DNA of 21,878 nucleotides from Pseudomonadota bacterium (GTDB lineage Bacteria; Bdellovibrionota; FAC87; UBA2466): NCBI GenBank assembly GCA_043767805.1, contig JAYUGC010000169.1, positions 1 to 21,878 of the forward strand, read 5' to 3'. Shown piece by piece: positions 11,689 to 19,089 of this stretch (position 1 is its first letter; each line of letters starts with the position of its first letter). The notes under the pieces were generated by a model. It saw only the letters and a program-made list of their open reading frames with translations, ran no database searches and was not told where the DNA came from. The position numbers and the translations under genes were made by a program.

Positions 11689-12459
11689 ATGGTTGGGGTT
11701 TGGTTGGCACTCAGTTTGGTGTTCTCGGCGTGGGGCGGGGGCTGCAACGTTTTCGGCAACGACGATCGCGTTGAGCTGACCTTCGCCGAGCCTCTCGGCA
11801 CGGCTCTCGGCATCGTCTACGGCGAGTCGCTCTGCTCCGGCGCTCTCGTTGGCGAGCGCTTGGTGCTTACCGCCGCCCACTGCCTCGCCTGGGACGGAAA
11901 CGAGCTGGACCGGCGCCGTTCGGTCACCTTCATTTTAAACTCCCGCAGCACGAGCCAAAGCTCGGTGAATGTTTTAAAGGCCGTCGAAGCCCGCGGCGGA
12001 TATTGGCGAACCGACGACGACTCTCGCACGGAAGATTGGGCGATTCTCGTCTTGAACGAAGCACCCGTCGGCAACTTCGGGCGGCATTTTCGCTGGCTCG
12101 AGGTAGCGCCGGCCACGCCAAAAGGCGGCGATCTCATTTCGGTCGCGGGGTATTCCCAAGATTTTCAAAGCGGAACGGCCCCGGCCATCCACACCGGCTG
12201 CCACGTAATGGCGTCTTTTCCCGACGGGGTCTTTTATCACGACTGCGATGGGTATGCGGGCGTCTCGGGCGGGCCAGTACTGGACGCGGTAAACCCGATC
12301 ATCGTCGGCATCACCAACTCGCATTTTTCCGACGAGACTCCCGGATTGCACCTGCCCGCGTATAGCCCCGACAAAGCGAATCTCGGCGTGTCGGCGACGC
12401 AATTCTTGCCCACCCTAGAGGCCTTGAGGCGCAAGTACCCAGCCAGCCTGGTTCCTTGA
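11689..12459 (+). CDS. Secreted trypsin-like serine protease (S1, V8/glutamyl-endopeptidase-like)
   Basis: VFGNDDR propeptide motif, CSGALVGERLVLTAAHC (His), DWAILVL (Asp) and HDCDGYAGVSGGPV (Ser). Start is ATG 11689 or TTG 11683. Confidence 0.9.
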   Translation: MVGVWLALSLVFSAWGGGCNVFGNDDRVELTFAEPLGTALGIVYGESLCSGALVGERLVLTAAHCLAWDGNELDRRRSVTFILNSRSTSQSSVNVLKAVEARGGYWRTDDDSRTEDWAILVLNEAPVGNFGRHFRWLEVAPATPKGGDLISVAGYSQDFQSGTAPAIHTGCHVMASFPDGVFYHDCDGYAGVSGGPVLDAVNPIIVGITNSHFSDETPGLHLPAYSPDKANLGVSATQFLPTLEALRRKYPASLVP

Positions 12460-12491
12460 TTTGCGGGCGAAACCTCTTACAATGGGCCTCT

Positions 12492-13079
12492 ATGAAACAT
12501 ACGCTTCGTTCGCTCGTAGTTTCGCTCGTACTTTTGGTCTCTCTGCCCCGCTGCGGTTATAACCAGCTGCAGGGTTTAGATGAGAACGTCAAAGCCTCGT
12601 GGGCGGAAGTCGAAAACCAGTATAAGCGCCGCGCCGATCTCATTCCCAATCTCGTCAACACGGTGAAAGGGTACGCGAAGCACGAAGAGAAGACGCTGAC
12701 GGAAGTCATCGAGGCCCGCTCGAAAGCGACCTCTACCACCATCAACGCCGATTCCCTTTCCGATCCGGAGAAGATGAAGGCGTATCAGAATGCGCAATCC
12801 GGCCTCACCAGCGCCTTGTCTCGCCTTTTAGTCGTGGCCGAGCAATATCCGAACTTGAAAGCGAACGAGAATTTCCGCGATCTGCAAGCGCAGCTCGAAG
12901 GCACCGAGAACCGAATCACGGTCGCTAGAAAGCGCTACATCGATTCCGTCGCCGAGTACAACAAGGGTGTGCGGTTTTTCCCGACGAACCTCACCGCGAA
13001 GTTTCTCCTCGGCCTTAAAGAGCGAGTGACCTTCGCCGCGACGGACGCCGAGAAGGCCACTCCGAAGGTGGAATTTTGA
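12492..13079 (+). CDS. lemA: LemA family protein
   Basis: CGYNQLQ..DE.VKASWAEVENQYKRRADLIPNLVNTVKGYA.HE, EQYPNLKANENFRDLQAQLEGTENRITVAR and PKVEF motifs. ATG at 12492. Confidence 0.95.
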   Translation: MKHTLRSLVVSLVLLVSLPRCGYNQLQGLDENVKASWAEVENQYKRRADLIPNLVNTVKGYAKHEEKTLTEVIEARSKATSTTINADSLSDPEKMKAYQNAQSGLTSALSRLLVVAEQYPNLKANENFRDLQAQLEGTENRITVARKRYIDSVAEYNKGVRFFPTNLTAKFLLGLKERVTFAATDAEKATPKVEF

Positions 13080-13795
13080 GACTTGCGCTCCTAGCGTTCC
13101 TCTTGAGCTTTGCGGCTTCGGCTGCCATCGAAGTCCCCTTCCTGAGCGGACCGGTCGTCGATGAGGTCGGCGCTTTGTCGGCGACCGAAAAAGCACGCCT
13201 AGTTTCCTCGGTCGAAGCGGTGAACGCCTCCGGCAAAGCGCAGATGGCCATTCTCATTCCCCGTTCCTTACAGGGAGAAGAGATCGAGCCCTACTCCATC
13301 GCGGTCGTCGAAAAGTGGAAGCTCGGGAAAAAGGGCAAGGACGACGGCGTTCTTTTCGTGGTCGCGCCCAACGAGCGGCGCATGCGCTTTGAAGTGGGCT
13401 ACGGGCTCGAAGGCACGCTCACCGATCTCGCGACAAAACGGATCTTGGATGACGTCGTGGCGCCGTACTTGAAAGCGAGCCGCTTCGGCGATGGACTTCT
13501 CGCGGCCGTCGCCGCGGTCGCTGAAAAAATCGGCGTCGAGGGACAAGACATCCAAGCTCCCGCGGCGCCCCGGCGGCAACGCACCAACTTTCCCTGGACC
13601 CTCATTTTCATTTTGCTCTACGTTCTCTTCACCGCCATTCGCCGTAGCGGCGGGGGCGGAAGATTCCGCGGCGGCGGCTGGGGCGGCGGAGGCTTCGGCG
13701 GATTTGGCGGGGGCGGCGGCTGGTCCGGTGGCGGAGGTGGTTTTGGAGGCGGCGGCGGAGGCTTTGGCGGAGGCGGCTCCTCGAGCCGGTGGTGA
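13076..13795 (+). CDS. TPM domain (YgcG-type) membrane protein with Gly-rich tail
   Basis: VVDEVGALS, IEPYSIAVVEKWKLGKKGKDDGVLFVVAPNERRMRFEVGYGLEG.LTD, one TM helix and a GGGGGFGGGGSSSRW end. TTG start overlaps the lemA stop (TTGA). Confidence 0.93.
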   Translation: MRLALLAFLLSFAASAAIEVPFLSGPVVDEVGALSATEKARLVSSVEAVNASGKAQMAILIPRSLQGEEIEPYSIAVVEKWKLGKKGKDDGVLFVVAPNERRMRFEVGYGLEGTLTDLATKRILDDVVAPYLKASRFGDGLLAAVAAVAEKIGVEGQDIQAPAAPRRQRTNFPWTLIFILLYVLFTAIRRSGGGGRFRGGGWGGGGFGGFGGGGGWSGGGGGFGGGGGGFGGGGSSSRW

Positions 13796-13797
13796 GT

Positions 13798-14445
13798 ATG
13801 TTCACGGAAAGCGAATTTCGTAAGATCGAGATGGCGGTGGAAGAAGCGGAAGCCCACACTTCGGGTGAGATCGTCGTGCATTTCGTCGACCAAAGCGCGG
13901 GCTACCGCTGGGTTCCCTGGGGGGCAGCGCTCATCAGCAGTTTGCTGACCGCGCTTTTGACGTGGGGACTCGCGTGGCGCGAGTCTTGGCAATTTTCCGC
14001 GCTTCGTTTCATCGAGGTGCAAGCGCTGTCAGCCGCCGTCGCGTTTAGTTTCGCGAGCTGGGCTCCTATTCGCAGAAAGCTCGTGCGCGCGAGCGAAATG
14101 GCGGGCCGGGTGCATATGGGGGCACTCGCTCAGTTCGTTCTTTCGGGTGTGGCGACGACGCGCGATCGCACGGGCGTTCTCATTTATCTTTCGAAGTTCG
14201 AGAGACGGGTCGAGATCATCGCGGACGCCGGCATCCACAAGATCCTTGGCGCGGGCTACTGGGCCGTGCAGGCGGACGCCATCGTCACCGGCATCCGAGC
14301 GGGGCGCGCAGTGGAAGCCGTCTGCGAGACCGTGGCGCTCATGGGACGAAGGCTCGGCGAGCATTTCCCTCGCAAAGCGGACGATGAAAACGAGCTACCG
14401 AATGCGCCCACCTCGGGGAAATTCGATAAAGATCCAAGGCCTTAG
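13798..14445 (+). CDS. TPM domain membrane protein (second lemA-operon partner)
   Basis: AVEEAEAHTSGEIVV, two TM helices, TRDRTGVLIYLS.FERRVEIIADAGI and HFPRKADDENELPN motifs. ATG at 13798, alternative GTG at 13789. Confidence 0.92.
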   Translation: MFTESEFRKIEMAVEEAEAHTSGEIVVHFVDQSAGYRWVPWGAALISSLLTALLTWGLAWRESWQFSALRFIEVQALSAAVAFSFASWAPIRRKLVRASEMAGRVHMGALAQFVLSGVATTRDRTGVLIYLSKFERRVEIIADAGIHKILGAGYWAVQADAIVTGIRAGRAVEAVCETVALMGRRLGEHFPRKADDENELPNAPTSGKFDKDPRP

Positions 14446-14575
14446 CTCTCTCCCCTTCCACTGAACACTCTGAATACACCTTAACTAGAGGTATTGCTTA
14501 GTTTTTCAGCCCTTTTGAAAAACGGCCTGCCTGAGATTCCGACACCTGTGAGCCTAAGGATAGGCTCAAACGCCG

Positions 14576-14591
14576 GGGCCCACCCCTTGCA
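14576..14591 (+). promoter_or_regulatory. Putative sigma54 (-24/-12) promoter
   Basis: GGGCCCACCCCTTGCA has GG-N10-GC spacing with TTGCA, about 40 nt upstream of ATG 14633. It is preceded by the palindrome TGAGCCTA-AGGA-TAGGCTCA (14549-14568). Confidence 0.55.
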
Positions 14592-14632
14592 ATTGCAGTG
14601 GGTAGAGTTTCCACAGCTTTGAGGCAGCAACG

Positions 14633-15916
14633 ATGTTCGGTTTGGCTAAACACAATCTAAGAGCTTTAGGCCTTCTCGGCTTAGCGCTCCTCTGCTCTCT
14701 CTCCCACGCCGAACCCGGCTATCCCGGACGAGACAACGGTTTCGCTTCCAACGATCCGATGTACGACTACTCGGCCGAGATTCAAAAAAACAAAAAGGCC
14801 ATGGCCCAGAAACCGGGTGAAGGGGACGCCGCTTATCGCGAGCGCACGAGCCATCTTTATACGGAAATCACCGCGCCTCCCGTCGCCCACGACGACGTCG
14901 CCACGGGGCAAGGCACCGTGGATCGCGCCGAGAAATTGAAAGACGCGCAACGCTTCGCGCAGGAAGGCTTTAACGCCGCGACCGCGCAAGCGGCCGATAT
15001 GGCGATCGCTCAGTTTGGCGCCATCTCCAATATCGCGGGCACCTTCGACCCGGCCGTCCTGGCGCAAGCCACGGCAGACTCCAAAACGTACGGAGACGCC
15101 GCGCAGAAATACGCCAAGATTCAGCAGGACATGAATGTCGCGAAGGTGAACAACGGCAATGGGTTTACCCGCCTTCGTTATGATCCCGAGGACGGCGACG
15201 GAGCGGGCAAAGCGCCGCCGCCCGATCCGAGTCTCGTTTCCGCGGTGATGGACAGACTCTCGGACGACCAAAGAAAGAAATTGGAAGATCGGGGCGTGGA
15301 TCCTGAAGATTTCGTCGAGCGGCTTTTGTCGGGCGAGATTGACACCTCCGATCCCAACTCCGTTTTAAGAGCTTTGAACGACACGCGCCAACTTTCTTCG
15401 GCGGAGCTCGCCGAAGTGCAGGCGCTCGCCGAGGCGAAACTTGCCGAAGGCGGGGGCGCGGCGGAAGCCGCGGCCGGAGCCGGAATTGAAATAGGTGGTT
15501 CTGAATTGAAAGAAACGCGGGAGCTTGCGTCCGCTACCGACAAGAGCGGTAAGACGGACGAGAAGGATCCTTCGAAAGTGACTACGCCGGGCCTCGCAGG
15601 GATCGCCATCCGTCTCATCAATCGCGAAGTCATGGGTTACCGCTTGAGCGATCTCCTCGGGGGCAAAGGCCGCCGGGACGCTAAAGTCGCCACCGTGCCG
15701 GTAAACGGCAAAGGGGTGGCGGACTCGGCTGCCGCCCGTAAAGCCGGCGTGAAAAAGCTAACCGCCACGGATTACTACCAGCTCCAGGGCCAAGGCATCA
15801 CGGCCCCTCGCCACGGCAATAACATCTTCAAAATGGCCCATCGCCAATTCCGCGACTACAGCAAGTGGCGCGACCAGCCCCAGCCGACCAAGGGCCGCGT
15901 CGCCCTCGCCCGCTAA
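14633..15916 (+). CDS. Exported hypothetical protein (427 aa, Ala-rich helical)
   Basis: GAGG SD, signal peptide (ALGLLGLALLCSLSHA/E), long ORF with GC-rich third positions. No family recognised. Confidence 0.8.
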   Translation: MFGLAKHNLRALGLLGLALLCSLSHAEPGYPGRDNGFASNDPMYDYSAEIQKNKKAMAQKPGEGDAAYRERTSHLYTEITAPPVAHDDVATGQGTVDRAEKLKDAQRFAQEGFNAATAQAADMAIAQFGAISNIAGTFDPAVLAQATADSKTYGDAAQKYAKIQQDMNVAKVNNGNGFTRLRYDPEDGDGAGKAPPPDPSLVSAVMDRLSDDQRKKLEDRGVDPEDFVERLLSGEIDTSDPNSVLRALNDTRQLSSAELAEVQALAEAKLAEGGGAAEAAAGAGIEIGGSELKETRELASATDKSGKTDEKDPSKVTTPGLAGIAIRLINREVMGYRLSDLLGGKGRRDAKVATVPVNGKGVADSAAARKAGVKKLTATDYYQLQGQGITAPRHGNNIFKMAHRQFRDYSKWRDQPQPTKGRVALAR

Positions 15917-15986
15917 GCGGCACCACCAGCTCCAAACTGGGACCACTCTCGCCGACAGATTCGGTTCCATTTAGACACGCTTTTTT

Positions 15987-16002
15987 TGGCACGCCTTCTG
16001 CA
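15987..16002 (+). promoter_or_regulatory. sigma54 (-24/-12) promoter
   Basis: TGGCACGCCTTCTGCA is one mismatch from the TGGCACG-N4-TTGCW consensus and lies 40 nt upstream of ATG 16042. Confidence 0.75.
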
Positions 16003-16041
16003 CAAGGCGTGTTCTGAGTTTTTGATTCGAAGGAAATTAAA

Positions 16042-16191
16042 ATGAAAACGAAATTAGCATTCCTCGGACTCTGGATGGTTCTCTCGGTGGTTCCCGCTCT
16101 GGCGAAAACCCCCGTCAACGAAGGTCGGACGCCGGTCAACGAAGGCCGCACGCCCGTGAATGAAGGCCGGACTCCGGTCAACGAAGGCTAA
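16042..16191 (+). CDS. 49-aa secreted prepropeptide: signal peptide plus 4 x (K/R)TPVNEG
   Basis: Not in the ORF track. Hand translation gives MKTKLAFLGLWMVLSVVPALA-KTPVNEG-RTPVNEG-RTPVNEG-RTPVNEG*. Supported by an AAGGA SD, an A-L-A signal peptidase site, and repeats that vary at synonymous positions. Confidence 0.85.
   Translation: MKTKLAFLGLWMVLSVVPALAKTPVNEGRTPVNEGRTPVNEGRTPVNEG
16105..16188 (+). repeat. 4 x 21-bp coding tandem repeat
   Basis: aaaacccccgtcaacgaaggt / cggacgccggtcaacgaaggc / cgcacgcccgtgaatgaaggc / cggactccggtcaacgaaggc. Confidence 0.95.
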
Positions 16192-16235
16192 GCCCTTCCT
16201 CATTCTTTTTTAAAACAATTGAAAGGATTCACCTC

Positions 16236-16685
16236 ATGAAAGCTATTGCTTCTCTTTGCCTTGGTCTGTCTTGCGCCCTCGCCGCCCCGAGCTTTGCGAC
16301 CTCCCCCGCCTTGCCCCGTCCCGTCGTGGCGGACTCGGTCGACGTCGGCGTCGTTCCCTATGTCGGCATCGGCTACCGGACGGAAGTCTTGAGCTTCGAT
16401 AACCGGCACGTCACCCATTTGCGCCTGCGGATGCCCGCTCAATGCGCGGTTCAGCTGCATACCATCGTCGCCCGCGGAGACAACGGCCGCGTCCATGGCC
16501 GTTTGGTCACCACCTATAACGACGGCCTTTATACGCACTACATCTACGCCGTGAACAAGAACCGCGGCGCCGATATGAGCGAAATCGAGCTCGGGCTCAG
16601 CTCCCCGTTCGCCTACTCCACCCGCCACCAGTGCGGCGTGCGGGTATTCGTTTCGGGCGATTACGCCATCCCGTACGTTAAGTAA
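16236..16685 (+). CDS. Exported hypothetical protein (149 aa, beta-rich, Cys pair)
   Basis: AAAGGA SD, signal peptide (MKAIASLCLGLSCALAAPSFA), alternating-hydrophobic strand pattern, two Cys in the mature part. Confidence 0.75.
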   Translation: MKAIASLCLGLSCALAAPSFATSPALPRPVVADSVDVGVVPYVGIGYRTEVLSFDNRHVTHLRLRMPAQCAVQLHTIVARGDNGRVHGRLVTTYNDGLYTHYIYAVNKNRGADMSEIELGLSSPFAYSTRHQCGVRVFVSGDYAIPYVK

Positions 16686-16769
16686 CTTTTTCATCCCTTT
16701 GCTTGCTCCTCTGTCCTGGGTTAGGTAGGGTCGCTTCCGGCCGAAGGGGTTAATTTCGGTAGGGTGTAC

Positions 16770-18035
16770 ATGGGTAAAGAAAATCTAGATAACGTGATAC
16801 CTATGCTCGCGCGCTCGGGCGCCGCGATCCCGCCCGTTGCCGTCGTTCGGGGAGAGCGGATCAAGGGTTCCTGCCTGGTTAAAGGCAAGCAAGTCGTCAT
16901 CCGCGAAGCGACCGAAAAGGACGTGCCTGAAATCCAGGCGCTCTACGCTTTGGTCTATCAAGGCCGCTACAGCATGGAGTTCGCGACGAACCCCAGTAAG
17001 CTCGAAGCCCAGCTCGCCAATCCCGAAGGTTACTTACTTCTCGTGGCGGAAGATCCGGCCCGCGCGGGGCTGGTCGGCTCGATTCTATTCAGTATCGATG
17101 CGGCCCATCGCCTGGGAAAAACCGCGGGCGTCGTGGTCGATCCCGATTACCGCCGCGGCGGTCTTGGCGGAGAGATGTTGAAGCTCGGAACCCACTACAT
17201 TGCGGAAGACGCCGCGATGGTGGACGTGATGTACGCGACGAGCCGCACGGTCGGCGAAGCGCCTTCCCGCATCGTTGCCGAAGCTGGGTACCATCAAGTC
17301 GGTCTGTTTCCTAACGCGGTTCAAGTCGAGAGCATGGAGCACTTGAATCTCGACGTGTACCTCACGACTCGCGCATTGCCGAAACGCCGCAAGAAGCCTT
17401 TCATTTTCAAGCCGTACCACGAGACTTACGAAATCGCGCGCCGCCGTCTGGGCTTCGAGCGGGCTCAAGTCGTGTCCGAGTACGCCACCCTGAAGCTCAA
17501 CCCGGTTCCGATGGAGCTCGAAGTCGTAACCGACGAAACGGTCGCCATCTCCCGTTTTCGGGAGCTTTCCTTGGAAAAGCGGCTCGCCAATAGCTTCTTC
17601 CCGTTTCATTCGCCGAACTTGATCTTCCGCTGCCCGAGCGGCCACACGGAAGTGTTCGTGTCGCTCAAAGGCCGGCACCGACAAGCGGCTATTCTTGGCT
17701 ACCGCACCGACATGGTCGACATCCAAGACGTGCTCGATTCCGTCGCGCGCGCTTTGCATCGGCATGGCGCTTCGTACGTCGAGTTTCTCATCGACTCTCA
17801 CGATTACCGGCTGCAGCAGCAGGCGTTCACCGCGCGCTACATTCCGTCGGCGTATTTCCCGGCGATGCGGCTTGGCGCGGATGGCTTGCGCGATGACGTG
17901 ATCATCGTGAGCCGCACGTTCAGCCTTCTCGATTTCACGGGAAGCGTCTTAAAGGGCGACAATCTGAAGTACTTAAAAGCGTACTTCCGCCACTACCACG
18001 AGCTCTACATCAAGCCCATCCTCGGCAAAACCTAA
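16770..18035 (+). CDS. GNAT family N-acetyltransferase with second GNAT-like C-terminal domain
   Basis: VIREATEKDVPEIQALY and VVVDPDYRRGGLGGEML (motif A, RxxGxG), plus AEAGYHQVGLFPNA. Start is ATG 16770 or GTG 16764. Confidence 0.88.
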   Translation: MGKENLDNVIPMLARSGAAIPPVAVVRGERIKGSCLVKGKQVVIREATEKDVPEIQALYALVYQGRYSMEFATNPSKLEAQLANPEGYLLLVAEDPARAGLVGSILFSIDAAHRLGKTAGVVVDPDYRRGGLGGEMLKLGTHYIAEDAAMVDVMYATSRTVGEAPSRIVAEAGYHQVGLFPNAVQVESMEHLNLDVYLTTRALPKRRKKPFIFKPYHETYEIARRRLGFERAQVVSEYATLKLNPVPMELEVVTDETVAISRFRELSLEKRLANSFFPFHSPNLIFRCPSGHTEVFVSLKGRHRQAAILGYRTDMVDIQDVLDSVARALHRHGASYVEFLIDSHDYRLQQQAFTARYIPSAYFPAMRLGADGLRDDVIIVSRTFSLLDFTGSVLKGDNLKYLKAYFRHYHELYIKPILGKT

Positions 18036-18118
18036 AGCCAAAAGGTGTGTGGATACTTTTAGCCACGGCAAATCCCGTGCCGACGCTGGCTAAAAGTATC
18101 CACACACCTTTTGGCTTT
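18034..18118. repeat. Perfect 32-bp inverted repeat (REPIN/MITE-like), probably also a bidirectional terminator
   Basis: AAAGCCAAAAGGTGTGTGGATACTTTTAGCCA (18034-18065) and its exact reverse complement (18087-18118) with a 21-nt spacer, filling the gap between two convergent stop codons. Confidence 0.93.
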
Positions 18119-19089
18119 TAGTCGTTTTCTTTTTCGATGGCTTTAAGGCGCTTGGAGGCTACCGACTTTAGGTCGGCGTCGAGAGTGGCTAAAGCGTCGG
18201 AGGTCGAAGGGCGGCGCCATTCGAGGACTGGCACGCTGTAGACGCCGTCAAAGCCGTAACGCGTGTCCTTCGCGACTCCGGCCGCAAGCAGTACGAAGAT
18301 GAGGAGCAAGGCATCGCCGACCGCGACCCAGCGCAAAACTTTTTGAGCCGGCTGCTCGGCAAACACCAAGCGGGATAAGGAGTACCCCGCCCCGAAAACC
18401 CAGAGCGCAAACAGCACGCCCGAGATGATCCAGAGCGGTTGCGTGCCGGGTAAATTGAAAACGACGAGATCGGCCGCGACCCACCAACTCCAGGCCCCCG
18501 TCAGCGCGAGACTGCACCGGCGGAAGAAAGCCCAGTAGCGATACTCTCCCCCGTGCAAACGAGAGAGAAGCGATAAAGCGAGCGCGAGCAGAAAGCCCGC
18601 GGGCAGCGACAGAACCGCTTGCGCGAAAGCATGGTTCATCGGCTCGGAGTCAGCATAGCGGTAATAAGCCCCCGCCCAGAACACGAGGCCCTGCAAACAG
18701 AGGCAGGCGAAACTAAAAAACCAATTTCGCTGGGACTCTCCCAAAAATTGAGGCTTCAGGTTATGGGTCGATAGAATTTCGGTGTGCTCCTCGGCATGGT
18801 CTTCCATGTCGACTTCAAAGCGAAGGCTGCCCAAATCAAAGCAGGAGCCTGTTTTGATCGGAACCGCGTCCACTTTTTTCCCGTCGAGACGCACGCCATT
18901 GGCCGCCCCAAGGTCCACGACCCAGATGATGCCGTCTTCCCGGCGCTCGAAACGAACGTGGCTGATGGAAATCTGCGGGTGCGGCACCCAAACGTGAGCG
19001 TGCGAGCCGCGGCCCAAAACCGCGGGGAACGAAGTCACGCGAAAGTACTCAGGCGGAGAGAGCACGCCGGCTCGCATCTTCAGAATCAT
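18118..19089 (-). CDS. FHA domain membrane protein
   Basis: N-terminal FHA motifs (VLGRG, ISISHVRF, VVDLGAANGVRLDG) followed by about five TM helices. ATG at 19089 overlaps the protease stop (ATGA) and is preferred over 19116. Confidence 0.88.
   Translation of the reverse strand: MILKMRAGVLSPPEYFRVTSFPAVLGRGSHAHVWVPHPQISISHVRFERREDGIIWVVDLGAANGVRLDGKKVDAVPIKTGSCFDLGSLRFEVDMEDHAEEHTEILSTHNLKPQFLGESQRNWFFSFACLCLQGLVFWAGAYYRYADSEPMNHAFAQAVLSLPAGFLLALALSLLSRLHGGEYRYWAFFRRCSLALTGAWSWWVAADLVVFNLPGTQPLWIISGVLFALWVFGAGYSLSRLVFAEQPAQKVLRWVAVGDALLLIFVLLAAGVAKDTRYGFDGVYSVPVLEWRRPSTSDALATLDADLKSVASKRLKAIEKEND

Noticed and set aside
13647..13780. GGC/GGA-rich low-complexity tract and the antisense poly-Pro ORF 13618..14022
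   Set aside because: Normal Gly-rich tail of YgcG/TPM proteins.
7914..15977. TGTC/GACA half-sites near several sigma54-like promoters as a shared activator motif
   Set aside because: Spacing and second half-sites are inconsistent between promoters, so it cannot be separated from chance without a genome-wide motif search.
15828..16181. Minus-strand ORF with TGVRPS(F/L) repeats
   Set aside because: Antisense reading of the peptide repeats; promoter, SD, signal peptide and fully synonymous variation all favour the plus strand.
16105..16188. Tandem repeat as a possible CRISPR array
   Set aside because: Units abut with no spacers, vary at codon third positions, and no cas genes are present.
16200..16694. 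164-aa minus-strand ORF
   Set aside because: Shadow of the 149-aa plus-strand gene, which has an SD and signal peptide.
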